From Candidatus Moanibacter sp. (lineage in GTDB: Bacteria; Verrucomicrobiota; Verrucomicrobiia; Opitutales; UBA2987): 64,000 bases of DNA. Under the pieces are notes generated by a model. The model saw nothing but the letters and a program-made list of their open reading frames with translations. It had not been told where the DNA came from and searched no databases. This document shows positions 8,774 to 19,778 of the stretch, piece after piece; position 1 is the first letter of the stretch, and each line of letters opens with the position of its first letter. The stretch is from positions 192,001 through 256,000 of the forward strand of contig CBDCEW010000104.1 of NCBI GenBank assembly GCA_965215885.1, in the 5' to 3' direction. A program made the translations under genes and the position numbers.

Positions 8774-9763
8774 TTAGGCGCTCCAATCGAGCATACGTTT
8801 TATGGGTTGATAGGCAGCGCTACGGATTTCCTCGGATAGTTCGATGCATGGCTGGAGGTTCTTCAAAGCATCGCGGGCCTTTTCGATGGTGTTCATTTTC
8901 ATAAACCTACATTCGTTGCAGGCGCAGCGATCGGTGGGTCCGGCAATGAAGGTCTTTTCCGGAATCTCACGCTGAAGGCGATGGAGCATTCCCGTCTCTG
9001 TTGCTACGATGATCGTGTCAGCTGGATGATTTCTCGAGAAACCAATCATCTTTTCGGTGCTACAGACTTCGTCGGCCAGGTCCCTCACTACCTCGGTGCA
9101 TTCGGGATGAGCGACAATTGGTGCGTCGGGGTATCGCATCTTAACCAACTCGAGCGTGCGAACGGTAAAGAGTATGTGGACATAGCAACTTCCCGGCCAA
9201 AGACGCATGAAACGCCCTGACTGCCGGGAGACCCACTGTCCGAGATTCTGGTCCGGCACAAAAAGGATCTCACGATGAGAGGGAATCCTTTCGATGATTT
9301 TGACGGCGTTACCACTCGTACAAATGACGTCGCTAAGAGCTTTGACTTCGGCCGAACAGTTGATGTAAGCGACGATGTAGATCTCGGGATTGGCCTCTTT
9401 GTAGGCCGCCAATTTCGCGGCGGGGCACGAATCGGAAAGGGAGCATCCGGCCTCGAGGTCCGGTAAGACGACGGTTTTTTCGGGGTTTACGATCTTGGCC
9501 GTTTCGGCCATGAAATGTACGCCGCAAAAAAGAATCACATCCGCATTCACTTTCGAAGCCTGATAGGAGAGCCCAAGTGAATCTCCTACGTAATCAGCGA
9601 CCCTTTGAATCGGCTCGATCTGGTAATTGTGCGCGAGAATGACGGCGTTCCGCTCCTCTTTCAGGGCCAGGATCTCCTCTTCTACGGTGGAATGAGGTGC
9701 CTCTTTTTCTTCTCCCTTTGGGGCGAAGACGGCCGGCTCAAAATCCAGAACTTCAATAGGCAT
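8774..9763 (-). CDS. nadA: Quinolinate synthase
   Basis: ILAHNYQ, GDSLGLS, CGVHFMAET, AGCSL, AHPEC and C..MKM motifs. Confidence 0.97.
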   Translation of the reverse strand: MPIEVLDFEPAVFAPKGEEKEAPHSTVEEEILALKEERNAVILAHNYQIEPIQRVADYVGDSLGLSYQASKVNADVILFCGVHFMAETAKIVNPEKTVVLPDLEAGCSLSDSCPAAKLAAYKEANPEIYIVAYINCSAEVKALSDVICTSGNAVKIIERIPSHREILFVPDQNLGQWVSRQSGRFMRLWPGSCYVHILFTVRTLELVKMRYPDAPIVAHPECTEVVRDLADEVCSTEKMIGFSRNHPADTIIVATETGMLHRLQREIPEKTFIAGPTDRCACNECRFMKMNTIEKARDALKNLQPCIELSEEIRSAAYQPIKRMLDWSA

Positions 9764-9769
9764 GGCTTC

Positions 9770-10135
9770 TCAAATCTGAATACTGTTTTCCGCGAGGAGC
9801 GTTTTGAATTTCGGATAGTCGTGGAGATTTTTGAGGTCCGGGTCTCTCACCAACCATTCCCAATCCCGGTAATAGTTTTCAATGGCGGTGCGCAACGATT
9901 TGACCGCCTCCGCTTTGCGATTCTTGAGGGCGAGGCTACATGCCAGATTGTAGTGTGCAACCGGATTCTCGGGTCGGAGGCGGACCATTTTTCGATCCAT
10001 TTTGAGACCTTCATCGATGCGGCCCGTTTTCGTGTAAAGATTTGCCAGCAGCTCGATTACTGAAGTGTCCCTCGGGTCACGCTTCAAGATGCTTTCGAAG
10101 AATCCGATTTCAAAATCGTGATCAACCGTTTTCAT
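9770..10135 (-). CDS. Tetratricopeptide repeat protein
   Basis: AHYNLACSLAL...A...L..AI and DPDLKNL TPR-end motifs; operon position between fur and nadA. Confidence 0.8.
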   Translation of the reverse strand: MKTVDHDFEIGFFESILKRDPRDTSVIELLANLYTKTGRIDEGLKMDRKMVRLRPENPVAHYNLACSLALKNRKAEAVKSLRTAIENYYRDWEWLVRDPDLKNLHDYPKFKTLLAENSIQI

Positions 10136-10160
10136 CTTACTTGCTTAGCATCGAGTAATA

Positions 10161-10655
10161 TCACCCGCGAGAATCGCGCTTCGCGCAGATTCCTCCTTCC
10201 CGCAAGGTCGAACAGTGCGCATGTACCTGGAGGCGCTGATTCTCCGGCTCCAACCCGACCTTCTGAGATATGGAGCGCGCATACCATTCCATGAAAGGGG
10301 CATCTATCTCAAAAATCTTATCGCAGTCCAGACACACGACCTGGGCCTGCTCCGTTTTCTGACCTTGAGATGCCAGATAGAATTTATAGTCGCGCCCAAC
10401 GTCAATTTCCTTTAGAAATCCACATTGTGTAAGTATGGGCAAAGTCCGGTAGACCGTGGCGCGCGATACGGAACTGTCGATTGCACGCGAGTAATCCAAC
10501 AACTCTTCCGCCGTGAAATGATCGGCATGATTGAAGGCGGCGTCAAAGATTGCTTTGCGCTGGTGCGTCATCCGCAGTCCCTTGCGCGATAGGAACTCTT
10601 TGAATGTCGCACTCGACTTATCCCGATGGTCGGATTGTATCTCTTTTAGCGGCAC
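10161..10655 (-). CDS. Fur-family transcriptional regulator
   Basis: [25 protein letters not shown] and CLDC motifs. Confidence 0.92.
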   Translation of the reverse strand: MPLKEIQSDHRDKSSATFKEFLSRKGLRMTHQRKAIFDAAFNHADHFTAEELLDYSRAIDSSVSRATVYRTLPILTQCGFLKEIDVGRDYKFYLASQGQKTEQAQVVCLDCDKIFEIDAPFMEWYARSISQKVGLEPENQRLQVHAHCSTLREGGICAKRDSRG

Positions 10656-10727
10656 AGCTTATTTGTAATGAGACTAAATTGACAATAAGAGGGTTCTGAG
10701 AAATAAAGCAAGTCATAAAGGGAAAGA

Positions 10728-12980
10728 ATGGGAAAATGGGCGCCGAGTGGAGTGACGGTGATACCGCTCCTGGGATTAAAGAAATCGTTAGGATATCGGG
10801 TGCCGGAATCATTGCGGGAACGGGTTGCGGTGGGATCACTGGTTCGGGTACCGGTGATGAGGCGCAAGGAACTGGCGGTGGTTTGCGCGCTTGAGGCGCC
10901 GAAGGATTATCCCCGGGAGAGATTAAAGTATATCGTAGAAGTTCTCCACGCCTATCCGGTACTAGGAGAAGACCTGCTCAGGCTGGCAGAGTGGATGCAG
11001 GGGTATTACGGATCGGGTATGGACACAGTCATTGAAGCGATGGTACCCGCGGCGGTGAGAAAGGGTATGCGAGCGAAGAAGCGATCGCTTCTCAGGTTGG
11101 ACGCGCGATTGAGCGCTGAGGAACTCTCCCGAATGCGCCGGAGAGCGCCGAAGCAGGCGGCGCTGTATAATTTTCTGGCTGACCAGATAAGACCGGTTCC
11201 AAAAGGGTTGGTGCTCAAGCGGCTGAAGATCGGCTACGCCAGTTGTCTCGCTCTCAAGGAAAAGGGAATATTGTCGGAATCAGAGGAGCGCGTTGAAAGG
11301 GAGAGCTACCGCGATGAGTTGGGGCTACTTGAGCAATCCATGACCGGAAGAGTAGACCTGAATGAGGAACAATCACGTGCCGGGGCGAGTTTAGTAGGGA
11401 GTCTTAATGAAAGGAAGTTCCTGGTGCATCTCCTTCACGGCGTGACAGGTTCGGGAAAGACGGAAGTCTACATTCACGCGATTGAGCATGCCCTATCTGA
11501 GGGAGGCGGAGCGATTTATCTGGTTCCGGAAGTGGCACTTACTCCACAAACAGTAGGTCGATTGCGATCGCATTTAGAAGAGGCGATCAGTTGCAAGACG
11601 GTCGTCTGGCACAGTCACCTCACGGAGGGGGAACGTCTAGACGCGTGGGAAGCGCTCGCATCCGGTGAGGCGCGGGTAGTGGTAGGGGCACGATCGGCGG
11701 TGTTTGCCCCGGTTCGGGAACTCCGACTTATAATCGTTGATGAGGAGCATGAACCAGCCTACAAACAAGCGGACTCTCCACATTATCATGGACGCGATGT
11801 CGCGGTCTACCGAGCCAAACTCTGCGATGCACTTTGTGTCTTGGGCTCCGCCACTCCATCACTGGAGTCGCTCCACAATGTGGAAAGCGGCAAATATCGG
11901 GTAGACCGACTTCGCCTGCGTGTGGATGGAAGGGAGCTTCCCGTGATTCACCTCGTGGACATGAAACGCGAGCTGATCAGTCGCAAAGGCGCCGTCACGG
12001 TTTCGACACTACTGGCAGAGAAGATGCGGGAGCGCTATGAAAAAAGAGAACAGAGTATTCTCTTTATCAATCGCCGTGGATACTCTTCCAGAATGTTGTG
12101 TTCTGAGTGCGGATACGTAGCGCAATGTGAGCACTGCAGCATAACACTAACTTACCATCGTGTGGGCGAGATTTTACGCTGTCACATATGCGGGTCCGAG
12201 CAGCCGGCTCCCCGTTGTTGTCCTCAATGCGACTCGCTTGAAATCCGATGGCGCGGGCAGGGGACGCAGAGAGTCGTGGAATCGGCGCAGCGGCTTCTCC
12301 CTGGAGCGCGAATAGTGAGAATGGATACCGATGCCATGCAGAAGCGGAATTTGTTTCGCCGAGTTCTTGCCGATTTCCGTATTGGTAAAATCGATGTTTT
12401 AGTGGGGACTCAGATGATTGCAAAGGGATTGGACTTTCCCAACGTGACGCTGGTTGGTATTATCGATGCCGATCTTTCTCTCCAGATTCCTGATTTTCGA
12501 GCGGCCGAGAGGTGCTTCCAGCTAATCGTCCAGGTAGCGGGAAGAGCCGGGCGGGGTGATCGTTCAGGTGAGGTAGTCGTGCAGAGCTTTCTACCCTTCA
12601 GTTCTCCGATCCAGTTTGCGCGGCATGGAGACTTTGAAGGGTTCAGCAGCGAAGAGCTCTCACATCGGCGCGAGTACCGTTATCCGCCTTTCCGCCACTT
12701 GATCCACCATGTTTTTCGCGGGAGGAATCCTGACAAAGTCGAATTCTACGCGGAACAATGGGCGCGGCGAGTGGAATCGGAGATTGGGAGCGCCCTGGAG
12801 ATTCGCGGCCCGGCCCCCTCTCCGCGAGAAAAGATCAAGGACAACTATCGGTTCCAGATCTGGTATTTTGTGCGAAACGTGTCCAAGGCCGTTTCTTCTC
12901 TAACCGCGTTGAGAGAGAAATTCAAGATGGATAAAGACGTTGTCGACGTCATCGATGTCGATCCGGTGCAGCTTGTCTAA
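10728..12980 (+). CDS. priA: Primosomal protein N' (replication restart helicase)
   Basis: HGVTGSGKTEVY, DEEHE, two zinc-finger clusters, GTQMIAKGLDFP and QVAGRAGR motifs. Exact start uncertain. Confidence 0.97.
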   Translation: MGKWAPSGVTVIPLLGLKKSLGYRVPESLRERVAVGSLVRVPVMRRKELAVVCALEAPKDYPRERLKYIVEVLHAYPVLGEDLLRLAEWMQGYYGSGMDTVIEAMVPAAVRKGMRAKKRSLLRLDARLSAEELSRMRRRAPKQAALYNFLADQIRPVPKGLVLKRLKIGYASCLALKEKGILSESEERVERESYRDELGLLEQSMTGRVDLNEEQSRAGASLVGSLNERKFLVHLLHGVTGSGKTEVYIHAIEHALSEGGGAIYLVPEVALTPQTVGRLRSHLEEAISCKTVVWHSHLTEGERLDAWEALASGEARVVVGARSAVFAPVRELRLIIVDEEHEPAYKQADSPHYHGRDVAVYRAKLCDALCVLGSATPSLESLHNVESGKYRVDRLRLRVDGRELPVIHLVDMKRELISRKGAVTVSTLLAEKMRERYEKREQSILFINRRGYSSRMLCSECGYVAQCEHCSITLTYHRVGEILRCHICGSEQPAPRCCPQCDSLEIRWRGQGTQRVVESAQRLLPGARIVRMDTDAMQKRNLFRRVLADFRIGKIDVLVGTQMIAKGLDFPNVTLVGIIDADLSLQIPDFRAAERCFQLIVQVAGRAGRGDRSGEVVVQSFLPFSSPIQFARHGDFEGFSSEELSHRREYRYPPFRHLIHHVFRGRNPDKVEFYAEQWARRVESEIGSALEIRGPAPSPREKIKDNYRFQIWYFVRNVSKAVSSLTALREKFKMDKDVVDVIDVDPVQLV

Positions 12981-12981
12981 A

Positions 12982-13659
12982 TTATTCAGAGGGTTCTTCT
13001 TCGAGCACTCTGGCAAAGACGAGAAATCCTAACGTCGCACCGACGATGGGGCCGATCCAATAAATCCATATATTTTCAAAATAACCGGACGCAACCGCTG
13101 TGCCGAAATGGCGGGCGGGATTCATGGCTGCGCCGGTGAGCGGACCGATCGCGAGGATAAGAAAAGTAATCGTCAAACCGATCGCGAAACCCGCCATACC
13201 CTGGGGCGCTCTGCTTCCTACGGCGGTACCGTATATGGCCATGGCGAGAAGAAAAGTAGCGATAATTTCAAGAGTGAGGCCGACACCTGCGCTTATGTCG
13301 GCACCAAGGGCGGGAGTTCCCAGATGAGTGGCCTCACCGGCCGCCGCCGGGAAGAGGGTCTTAAGCAGGATACCCGCGATAACAGCGCCAATGAGCTGTG
13401 CGGCTATATTGGCGACACCTTGTGGAACCTTCTCCTTTCCTGCAATGATTAGGCCGATAGTGACTGCCGGGTTAATCTGACCACCTGAAATATTCATGGT
13501 AGCGGAGACGGCAACAGAGAGTGCCAGGCCATGCGCCAGCGCAATCCCGAGAAGGCCGACTCCGCCGTTTGTATGGGAATCAACGATGATCGATCCGGCA
13601 CCGATAAAACAGAGAGTGAAGGTGCCGATGAGCTCGGCAATAGATGGTTTAATTTTCAT
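12982..13659 (-). CDS. Aquaporin / MIP family channel
   Basis: Two NPA motifs (SGGQINPAVT, AMNPAR) and six hydrophobic segments. Confidence 0.95.
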   Translation of the reverse strand: MKIKPSIAELIGTFTLCFIGAGSIIVDSHTNGGVGLLGIALAHGLALSVAVSATMNISGGQINPAVTIGLIIAGKEKVPQGVANIAAQLIGAVIAGILLKTLFPAAAGEATHLGTPALGADISAGVGLTLEIIATFLLAMAIYGTAVGSRAPQGMAGFAIGLTITFLILAIGPLTGAAMNPARHFGTAVASGYFENIWIYWIGPIVGATLGFLVFARVLEEEPSE

Positions 13660-13776
13660 GGTGGAGAAATTGATCCCACCAATAGTACAATGCGCTTGGC
13701 GCTTGTCCAGCCTTTGTGACAGAGAGAGGGAAATTTCACCTGGTAAGTCCCCGTCTCGGCGTGCCGGAACGGATCG

Positions 13777-14343
13777 TTATCCTTCCTGGTCCTCGTCGAG
13801 AAAAGGGCTTCGGGGACTGTTTACTCTGGCCGAATTTTGGAGCTGGCCGTCAAACACAAGTTTGAGCTGACCTATTTGCGCTCGCAAAAACACCTTCTTC
13901 GAGCCGGGGATGTCCCTGACGAGAATTGAGAGATTAACCGGAAGGAGTTTCGAACTCGCCGTTATGGTGGCGCTCTTCAGGTCAGCGTGGTGAAGGTCCG
14001 CCATCTCAAGAAGCGACAGAGAAACATTCTCCGCAAATTTTGAGTCTTTCAAGCCGGCCTGCAATGCTGCCTGACGCGAGAGTACGTTGTAGAAGAAGTA
14101 CTCGGAAATATCGAGTTCATCCGGGTCTTTCGTGACGGCATCAAAGAGACGACGACTGTCGAGGAGGGAATCACGCAGTGTCTCGTCGCTCAGGATGGTA
14201 TTTAAATCGTCGCAGGTGAGAATATCGTGTCCGAATGTGCATTGAATAAAGGCAATGTCATTCTCTGATAAGGGAATGCCGCTGTAATATTGGTGTTCGT
14301 CCTGATTTTTTGAATTCATTCCTTTTCCAGCAGAATAGCTCAT
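13777..14343 (-). CDS. Hypothetical protein
   Basis: Protein-like ORF (ILSDETLRDSLLDSRRLFDAV...ISEYFFYNVLSRQ). The longer track start runs through a MITE and was trimmed. Confidence 0.6.
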   Translation of the reverse strand: MSYSAGKGMNSKNQDEHQYYSGIPLSENDIAFIQCTFGHDILTCDDLNTILSDETLRDSLLDSRRLFDAVTKDPDELDISEYFFYNVLSRQAALQAGLKDSKFAENVSLSLLEMADLHHADLKSATITASSKLLPVNLSILVRDIPGSKKVFLRAQIGQLKLVFDGQLQNSARVNSPRSPFLDEDQEG

Positions 14344-14380
14344 GATTGTGCGATGTAAGTCGGATATTGGAGGGAGGTCT

Positions 14381-14531
14381 TTAACCCGCATGTATCCACA
14401 AGCGCGGCGTGGCTGCCCCGCTGAGCGGGACAGAAATCCCGCGCGGTTACGCACAGTAGTGCGCGCCCGCAGGTGATTTCGCCTGGGCCTTGCCATCCAC
14501 GCTTCTGAAAAGTGTGAAATAGGCGGGTTAA
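14381..14531. mobile_element. MITE-like element with TTAACCCGC terminal IRs
   Basis: TTAACCCGCATGTATCCACA ... GTGTGAAATAGGCGGGTTAA. The right end resembles the ends of the 182-bp elements and overlaps the stop codon of the FAD oxidoreductase gene. Confidence 0.6.
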
Positions 14532-15586
14532 AGGAGATGGGCGAATCTGCTAATATCAACCTCACGGTCGATCTCGTAGCGCTGTGCGAGGGAGGAGGCG
14601 AATTGGGCTGCGAAATAGGGTGCCATTAGCGCACCCTTGGCTCCCAGCCCATTGAGAATGCCGATATGGGGATGTTTCGGGTGCATTCCGAGGATGGGGC
14701 GAAGATCTTTCATGGTCGGCCTCACTCCGGCCGCATGTCCCACGACATCCAAAGGTACTTTAATGAAGCTGTTCAATTCGCTCAGGATTTCGGCTTTGCC
14801 CTCCTCGGTCGGTTCACAGTTGATTGGATCCCAAGTGAACGTAGATCCTGCTTTGAATCGGCCCTCTCCTAAAGGCAAGAGCCACTTGCCCCGGTTGATT
14901 ATAACCTCAGGCAGTTCACCCTTGGCTGCGATCACTTCTAAAACTTCCCCTTTGGAGGATTTAAATGGAAGGTAGTTGAAATAGGGATTATTAATAGCCT
15001 GATAACCTTCGCAGAAAATCAGTTGCCTGGCTTCCCAGTCTTTCCATTTTACCCCTGTCGACGTTAATGCGAGGTGGTCATATTGAAAGGATGCTTCTAC
15101 GAGGCTCTCGTCGTTTTTCAGCCATTCCCTGATTCGGACAAGGAGTTCGGCGATTCTTAGATAGCCGCTCCCGCCAGGTGTAAAGCTGCCGAAGGGATCA
15201 TCAATTATTCCAGGTTTCCATCCCGGGGTTCTCATTGCACCGAGATATTTCGCCGTTCCAGATTGCGTGCGTTTATGCATCCAGAGATGCTGCTCCTCTT
15301 CATTTCTAAATAGCCGGACAAGCTGGCATTCCGTAAGAAAGCGTCTATCAAATTCCTCAGAAAGCCTCCCGTAGGCATGACGCGCTTCGGCCAGGAGCAA
15401 CTCCAGCTGCCAACAGGGCGTGAGTCGTGGACCGGTGATGGGATTCACAATCCCCGCCGCTACCATCGAGGCCGATTCTTCGTGGTACTTATCGACTACA
15501 AGAACGCGGTTGCCGAGCCGCTTGAGGTTCCAGGCTAACAGGCTCCCCGCCAACCCCTGACCTACGATGATGGTGTCTACTCTCAC
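14528..15586 (-). CDS. FAD-dependent oxidoreductase (DAO/glycine oxidase-like)
   Basis: IIVGQGLAG Rossmann motif, ASMVAAG, AGVRP and NGLGAKG. Confidence 0.9.
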   Translation of the reverse strand: MRVDTIIVGQGLAGSLLAWNLKRLGNRVLVVDKYHEESASMVAAGIVNPITGPRLTPCWQLELLLAEARHAYGRLSEEFDRRFLTECQLVRLFRNEEEQHLWMHKRTQSGTAKYLGAMRTPGWKPGIIDDPFGSFTPGGSGYLRIAELLVRIREWLKNDESLVEASFQYDHLALTSTGVKWKDWEARQLIFCEGYQAINNPYFNYLPFKSSKGEVLEVIAAKGELPEVIINRGKWLLPLGEGRFKAGSTFTWDPINCEPTEEGKAEILSELNSFIKVPLDVVGHAAGVRPTMKDLRPILGMHPKHPHIGILNGLGAKGALMAPYFAAQFASSLAQRYEIDREVDISRFAHLL

Positions 15587-15676
15587 GCCATTGTCTCAAT
15601 CGCCTTCGATAGGGCGGAATGTTTGTTCGTATATAGACGAATAACGAACACTTCGGATGAGGGAAAGATAGAAAGA

Positions 15677-15815
15677 CCCACGGATGCAGTAGCCATACCA
15701 CTGTTCCTGGCAGTTATCGGTCGGTGAAGGATGAAAGTTCAACCGAGTCTCTATTCCATGAGTGGAGCGAAGGATACTGGCAAGTACCGTGGGATGGGGC
15801 GAAGCCCACCGTGGG
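15677..15815. repeat. 139-bp structured dispersed element, copy B
   Basis: Ungapped homolog of 165..303. Confidence 0.8.
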
Positions 15816-15862
15816 GAAAATTCCCAAGAAATCTACGTGTCAATTATGCGGGCTGGGACGAG

Positions 15863-17482
15863 TCAGGCTTCGGTGCCTGCGGTTTCCGTAAGTTCCGGTT
15901 CGTAGGGGCGAGCGACAAATCTGACGGACATGGCGACAACGAAGAGTCCGAGGAGGAACATGAGGAGTGCGATGGCTCTGAGAGGAGTAGCTGTCTGATC
16001 ATTGGTGAACATGAGGACAAGGGCAGCCATCGGCATCAGCACCATGAAGATAGCAGGGATGACGACGAAGCCGAACTTTATGCGTCTGGCCTTGAGAAAT
16101 ACAATAAAAGTGACGAGGGCGAGCGCAGCGAGAAGCTGATTGGTAGAACCAAAAAGCGGCCAGATGGCCTTCCAGGCCGGTTCACCATTGAAAGTCTGGA
16201 AGGCGAATATTCCGGGTAGGATAAGGACGAGAAAAGTTCCCAGGTAGCGGCTGGTGGCACTTCGCCAATTGAGAAGTTCTTCGACGAGGAAGCGAGTCAG
16301 ACGGGTGCAGGTGTCCAGAGTGGTGAGGAGAAAAGTGCTGACGGCAAGAAAGGTGAATTCCTGCCCGTAATCCTGGGGGATACCGAGAGAACTCATAAAG
16401 AGAGCGGATCCTTCGGCGAAAATTGCGGGAGGAGTCTTACCCTGGACGCTGCCGGCGGATAGTGCGGCCACACAGGCGAGAGCGAAAGTAGCGAGGACGC
16501 CTTCAACGAGCATGGCCCCGTAGCTTATGCGGCGAATATCGGTCTCGACTTTGATTTGCTTGGCAGTGGTGCCGCTGGCCACGATGCTGTGGAATCCACT
16601 GCAGGCGCCGCAGGCCACGGTGATAAAAAGGATGGGGATGAGCATTCCTGCCTTCTCATGATTCCAGCCGATATAGAAATCGAGCTGAATGGGTTTGTTG
16701 GCAAAGAGGAGACCGACAATTCCAAGAATGAGCATGGCGTAGAGAAAAGTGGAGCTCAGAAAATCCCGCGGCTGCAGGAGGACCTGGATAGGCAGAATAG
16801 CGGCCACATAGCAGTAGCCGAGGACGACCACGATCCAGAAATTCTTGCCCATCTCGGGAACTGGAAAGGCATGACCCACCCATAAACCCAGGAACGTCAA
16901 AGGGACAAAAACGAGGACAGTGCTCTTAAGAGAAAACCTGGTTCGCGCGATAGCGAAGCCGAAAGCGAGCGCGGCGAGAACGAACCATGCCGAAGCGGTG
17001 GCGACTGCCCCCTTGGTGGTGAAAGTCAGGGCGGTGAGATCGAGGAAGACAATTATGACATATATGAGGGCGAGGATGACGAAAACCATAAAGAGTTTTC
17101 CCGTTCCTTCACCGACGGTATTGCGCATCGTCTCGGCGATGGAACGACCACGCGAGCGCACAGACATGAAGGAGCTGCCGAAATCGTGGACCCCCCCTAC
17201 GAATATTGCGCCAATCAGGATCCATATCCAGGTGGGACCCCAGCCGAAATAAATCCCGGCGAGGATCGGCCCAACGATAGGACCGGCGCCGGCAATGGAA
17301 GAGAAATGATGCCCAAAGAGAACGGAAGTGCGCGTTGGGACATAGTCGACACCGTCTTGCATGGAACAGGCCGGAGTTTCGATGTTGTCGTCAAGTCCAC
17401 AGCGTTTGACGAGAAAATCGCCGTAAAATCTGTAAGCGACATAACAGAAGACACAGCTGCCCAGGAGAATCGCGATAAGCAT
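15863..17482 (-). CDS. cstA: Carbon starvation protein A family transporter
   Basis: [35 protein letters not shown] and [12 protein letters not shown] motifs. Confidence 0.95.
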   Translation of the reverse strand: MLIAILLGSCVFCYVAYRFYGDFLVKRCGLDDNIETPACSMQDGVDYVPTRTSVLFGHHFSSIAGAGPIVGPILAGIYFGWGPTWIWILIGAIFVGGVHDFGSSFMSVRSRGRSIAETMRNTVGEGTGKLFMVFVILALIYVIIVFLDLTALTFTTKGAVATASAWFVLAALAFGFAIARTRFSLKSTVLVFVPLTFLGLWVGHAFPVPEMGKNFWIVVVLGYCYVAAILPIQVLLQPRDFLSSTFLYAMLILGIVGLLFANKPIQLDFYIGWNHEKAGMLIPILFITVACGACSGFHSIVASGTTAKQIKVETDIRRISYGAMLVEGVLATFALACVAALSAGSVQGKTPPAIFAEGSALFMSSLGIPQDYGQEFTFLAVSTFLLTTLDTCTRLTRFLVEELLNWRSATSRYLGTFLVLILPGIFAFQTFNGEPAWKAIWPLFGSTNQLLAALALVTFIVFLKARRIKFGFVVIPAIFMVLMPMAALVLMFTNDQTATPLRAIALLMFLLGLFVVAMSVRFVARPYEPELTETAGTEA

Positions 17483-17790
17483 GTCTCAAAAGGTAACTCG
17501 ATCCAAAATGCGGTCAATCTCGATTAGTTTCCGGACCCTCGAAGCTTGGGAATTTGTCAGACTTTTTATGGAAGAGAAATAATACGAACCAGCTGAGCGG
17601 GAGGTACAAACAAACACTTCATCCCTCCTGGCGGGATGAAGTGTGCTGCACGGAAGAGCGAGGCAATTCCAAATTCCTCAAGGCCAAATCCCTGGATTGC
17701 TTCGTCATCCTTCCTCGCAATGACATTCTCCTCATGGTGTGGCAACCGGATTAATTATGAATTGAATATGATTCTAAATCCGACTGATTT

Positions 17791-18108
17791 CTACATCAGG
17801 TAGAGAAAAAGTGCGATAATTAGGATTACAATGATGAGGCAGGAGAATAGCTGTTTAAAATCAAGTTTCGGAGGCGCGCCCGAATCCTCCCCAAACTCGC
17901 GTTGTACAAATTCCTCATAATCGAAAGAGTCATCGTCGCCGTAACCGGAAGGGACTTCGGTGGACCAGGTTTCTGCCTCCTTACTCCACCCGGTCCGATC
18001 ATCCGAACCACAGTCAGGACATGAGGAGGCGCCCACGCGCACTTCGGAGCCGCAATTGGGGCATATGAAATATTCGGGTTGTTCTTTCTGTATGGTGTCC
18101 GGCATCAC
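17791..18108 (-). CDS. Zinc-ribbon domain membrane protein
   Basis: CPNCG...CPDCGSDDRTGW followed by a C-terminal TM helix. Confidence 0.75.
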   Translation of the reverse strand: MMPDTIQKEQPEYFICPNCGSEVRVGASSCPDCGSDDRTGWSKEAETWSTEVPSGYGDDDSFDYEEFVQREFGEDSGAPPKLDFKQLFSCLIIVILIIALFLYLM

Positions 18109-19079
18109 TCCAGCATCTTCATGACGCCGCCGAGGTATTGGCTGTAGAAGGCGATAATCTTATAGCCCGCGTAAAATGCCAGAACAAGAAAGATGAGTTT
18201 GGGGTACCAGAAACTCGCCTGGGCGAGGCTCTTGGTAGCATTTCCCTGATATTGACGGTTAAGGAGTGCGAGGTTGGCATCCAGTTGACCGGTCTGCTCG
18301 CCGGTAGTGTAGAGGGCGGCGAAGTCACTTGGAAAGACGGAGTAATCGGAGATGTATTTCCCCGGAGCCTGACCTGCCTTGATCTTTTCGGTCATCGATA
18401 GGGCAGCTTTTTCCGTGGCGGGGTCACCCGACACCAAGCCGGCGGCAAACCAGGTTTCAACCATGGGTGTGCCGGCGTTTATAAACGACTCGAGCGAGAA
18501 AGCGAAATCGGCAAGAGCCTGGTTCTTTCGATATCCGCGCAGCCCCGGGAGGATAAGCATGAGTCTAGGGATGACGGGGTTGTTCGTCTTGGTCAGAATG
18601 ATAAGAACCGCCATGAAAGCCCAGACCGGCAAGAGAAATACGAGGACGTTCCGAGCGTAGGCGTCGAAATGAAACTGCATCCCGGCATCGGCATCGAATT
18701 CAACCAGGTTAAAGACAGGAAAAAGAAAGATCCCGAAGTGCAAGACGGCCAATGGATAAAGCGTGGCGACAATGACCTTATAGAGATTCTCTGCCGATTG
18801 CTTGTGCTTGACGCTCAGTTTGCGGAAGGCATCCGGCATGCGCCCACTGTTGCTGGCCGCGGACAGGAGATAACAGTCGGCCTTATGCAACCAGCGTGGC
18901 GCTTCCTGGAGAACAGAGTCGATCGAGAGGCCGGCCTGAAGTTTTCCGACCAAGTGAGCGACATCGGATTTAGGTGGACCTTTGGCTAAGCTCAACGCCT
19001 CGGGTAATGGTAGACCGGCGTCAAGGTTCTGCGCGATCTGGAGGTACCATCCCGAAAGTTTTCTGTGTGATACTGCCAT
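18105..19079 (-). CDS. Type II secretion system F / PilC family protein
   Basis: AGLPL..AL, SGRM, YP, GEQTGQLD and WYPK motifs; TM helices. Confidence 0.88.
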   Translation of the reverse strand: MAVSHRKLSGWYLQIAQNLDAGLPLPEALSLAKGPPKSDVAHLVGKLQAGLSIDSVLQEAPRWLHKADCYLLSAASNSGRMPDAFRKLSVKHKQSAENLYKVIVATLYPLAVLHFGIFLFPVFNLVEFDADAGMQFHFDAYARNVLVFLLPVWAFMAVLIILTKTNNPVIPRLMLILPGLRGYRKNQALADFAFSLESFINAGTPMVETWFAAGLVSGDPATEKAALSMTEKIKAGQAPGKYISDYSVFPSDFAALYTTGEQTGQLDANLALLNRQYQGNATKSLAQASFWYPKLIFLVLAFYAGYKIIAFYSQYLGGVMKMLE

Positions 19080-19094
19080 AAACTTTTTTCCGGA

Positions 19095-19763
19095 CTAAAG
19101 GACTTTTTCGTCATAGTAGTCCAGTTTATGAACCGGCATGGATACGGAGGTTGATATATTACCGAGGTGACTGATCACCCTTTTAAAAAACCGTGAGATG
19201 AGCACGTAAGAAACGGCGGTGGGCACATCCAAGTCCCCGCTGGAATATATTCGCAGAATAAAGTCTTCGCAGTCCTTACCAAGGCTCGTCTTCATGTGGT
19301 GCACGGAATTTGCGATTTCCACGCTGTCGTTGCGGAAGCAGTCAGCGGTCTTCGCGAACATCTCCTCGACTTGAGATTGAATGTTCTTCAAGGCTTCCAC
19401 ATAGCTGTCCTCTGGGAAAGGTTTTCCGTAATGTACGGCAACTTCCAGCAGATTCTTGCAATAATCACCGATGCGTTCGGCATCCTTGGTGATACTCATA
19501 AAGACGAGACACTGATTTGTTGAGTCTCCCGGTTGTATACTGAGGTGTTCAACGAGCCGCTTTCGAATGCGCCGTTCCGTCTTGTTTATTGATATGTCTT
19601 TTTTATAGATGTCCTCTGAGGATTTGCCTTCTTCGTAATTCCAAACGTAGTCCATCGACCAGCCGAACATGGAGTGAAGCGATTCGAGCATCTCGTTGAA
19701 TTGATCTACCGATTGGGAGAGGAGGTCGTGTTGCCGCCAGATAGAGAATAGTTGTTTGAGCAT
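19095..19763 (-). CDS. PhoU domain protein
   Basis: D..IN..E and DAERIGDYCKN motifs; immediately downstream of a Na/Pi cotransporter. Confidence 0.88.
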   Translation of the reverse strand: MLKQLFSIWRQHDLLSQSVDQFNEMLESLHSMFGWSMDYVWNYEEGKSSEDIYKKDISINKTERRIRKRLVEHLSIQPGDSTNQCLVFMSITKDAERIGDYCKNLLEVAVHYGKPFPEDSYVEALKNIQSQVEEMFAKTADCFRNDSVEIANSVHHMKTSLGKDCEDFILRIYSSGDLDVPTAVSYVLISRFFKRVISHLGNISTSVSMPVHKLDYYDEKVL

Positions 19764-19778
19764 GATTTCGAATCCTTC

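Noticed and set aside
15600..15860. Known riboswitch upstream of the FAD oxidoreductase
   Set aside because: No recognisable glycine, TPP, SAM or cobalamin core. The structured part recurs at 165..303 in an unrelated context.
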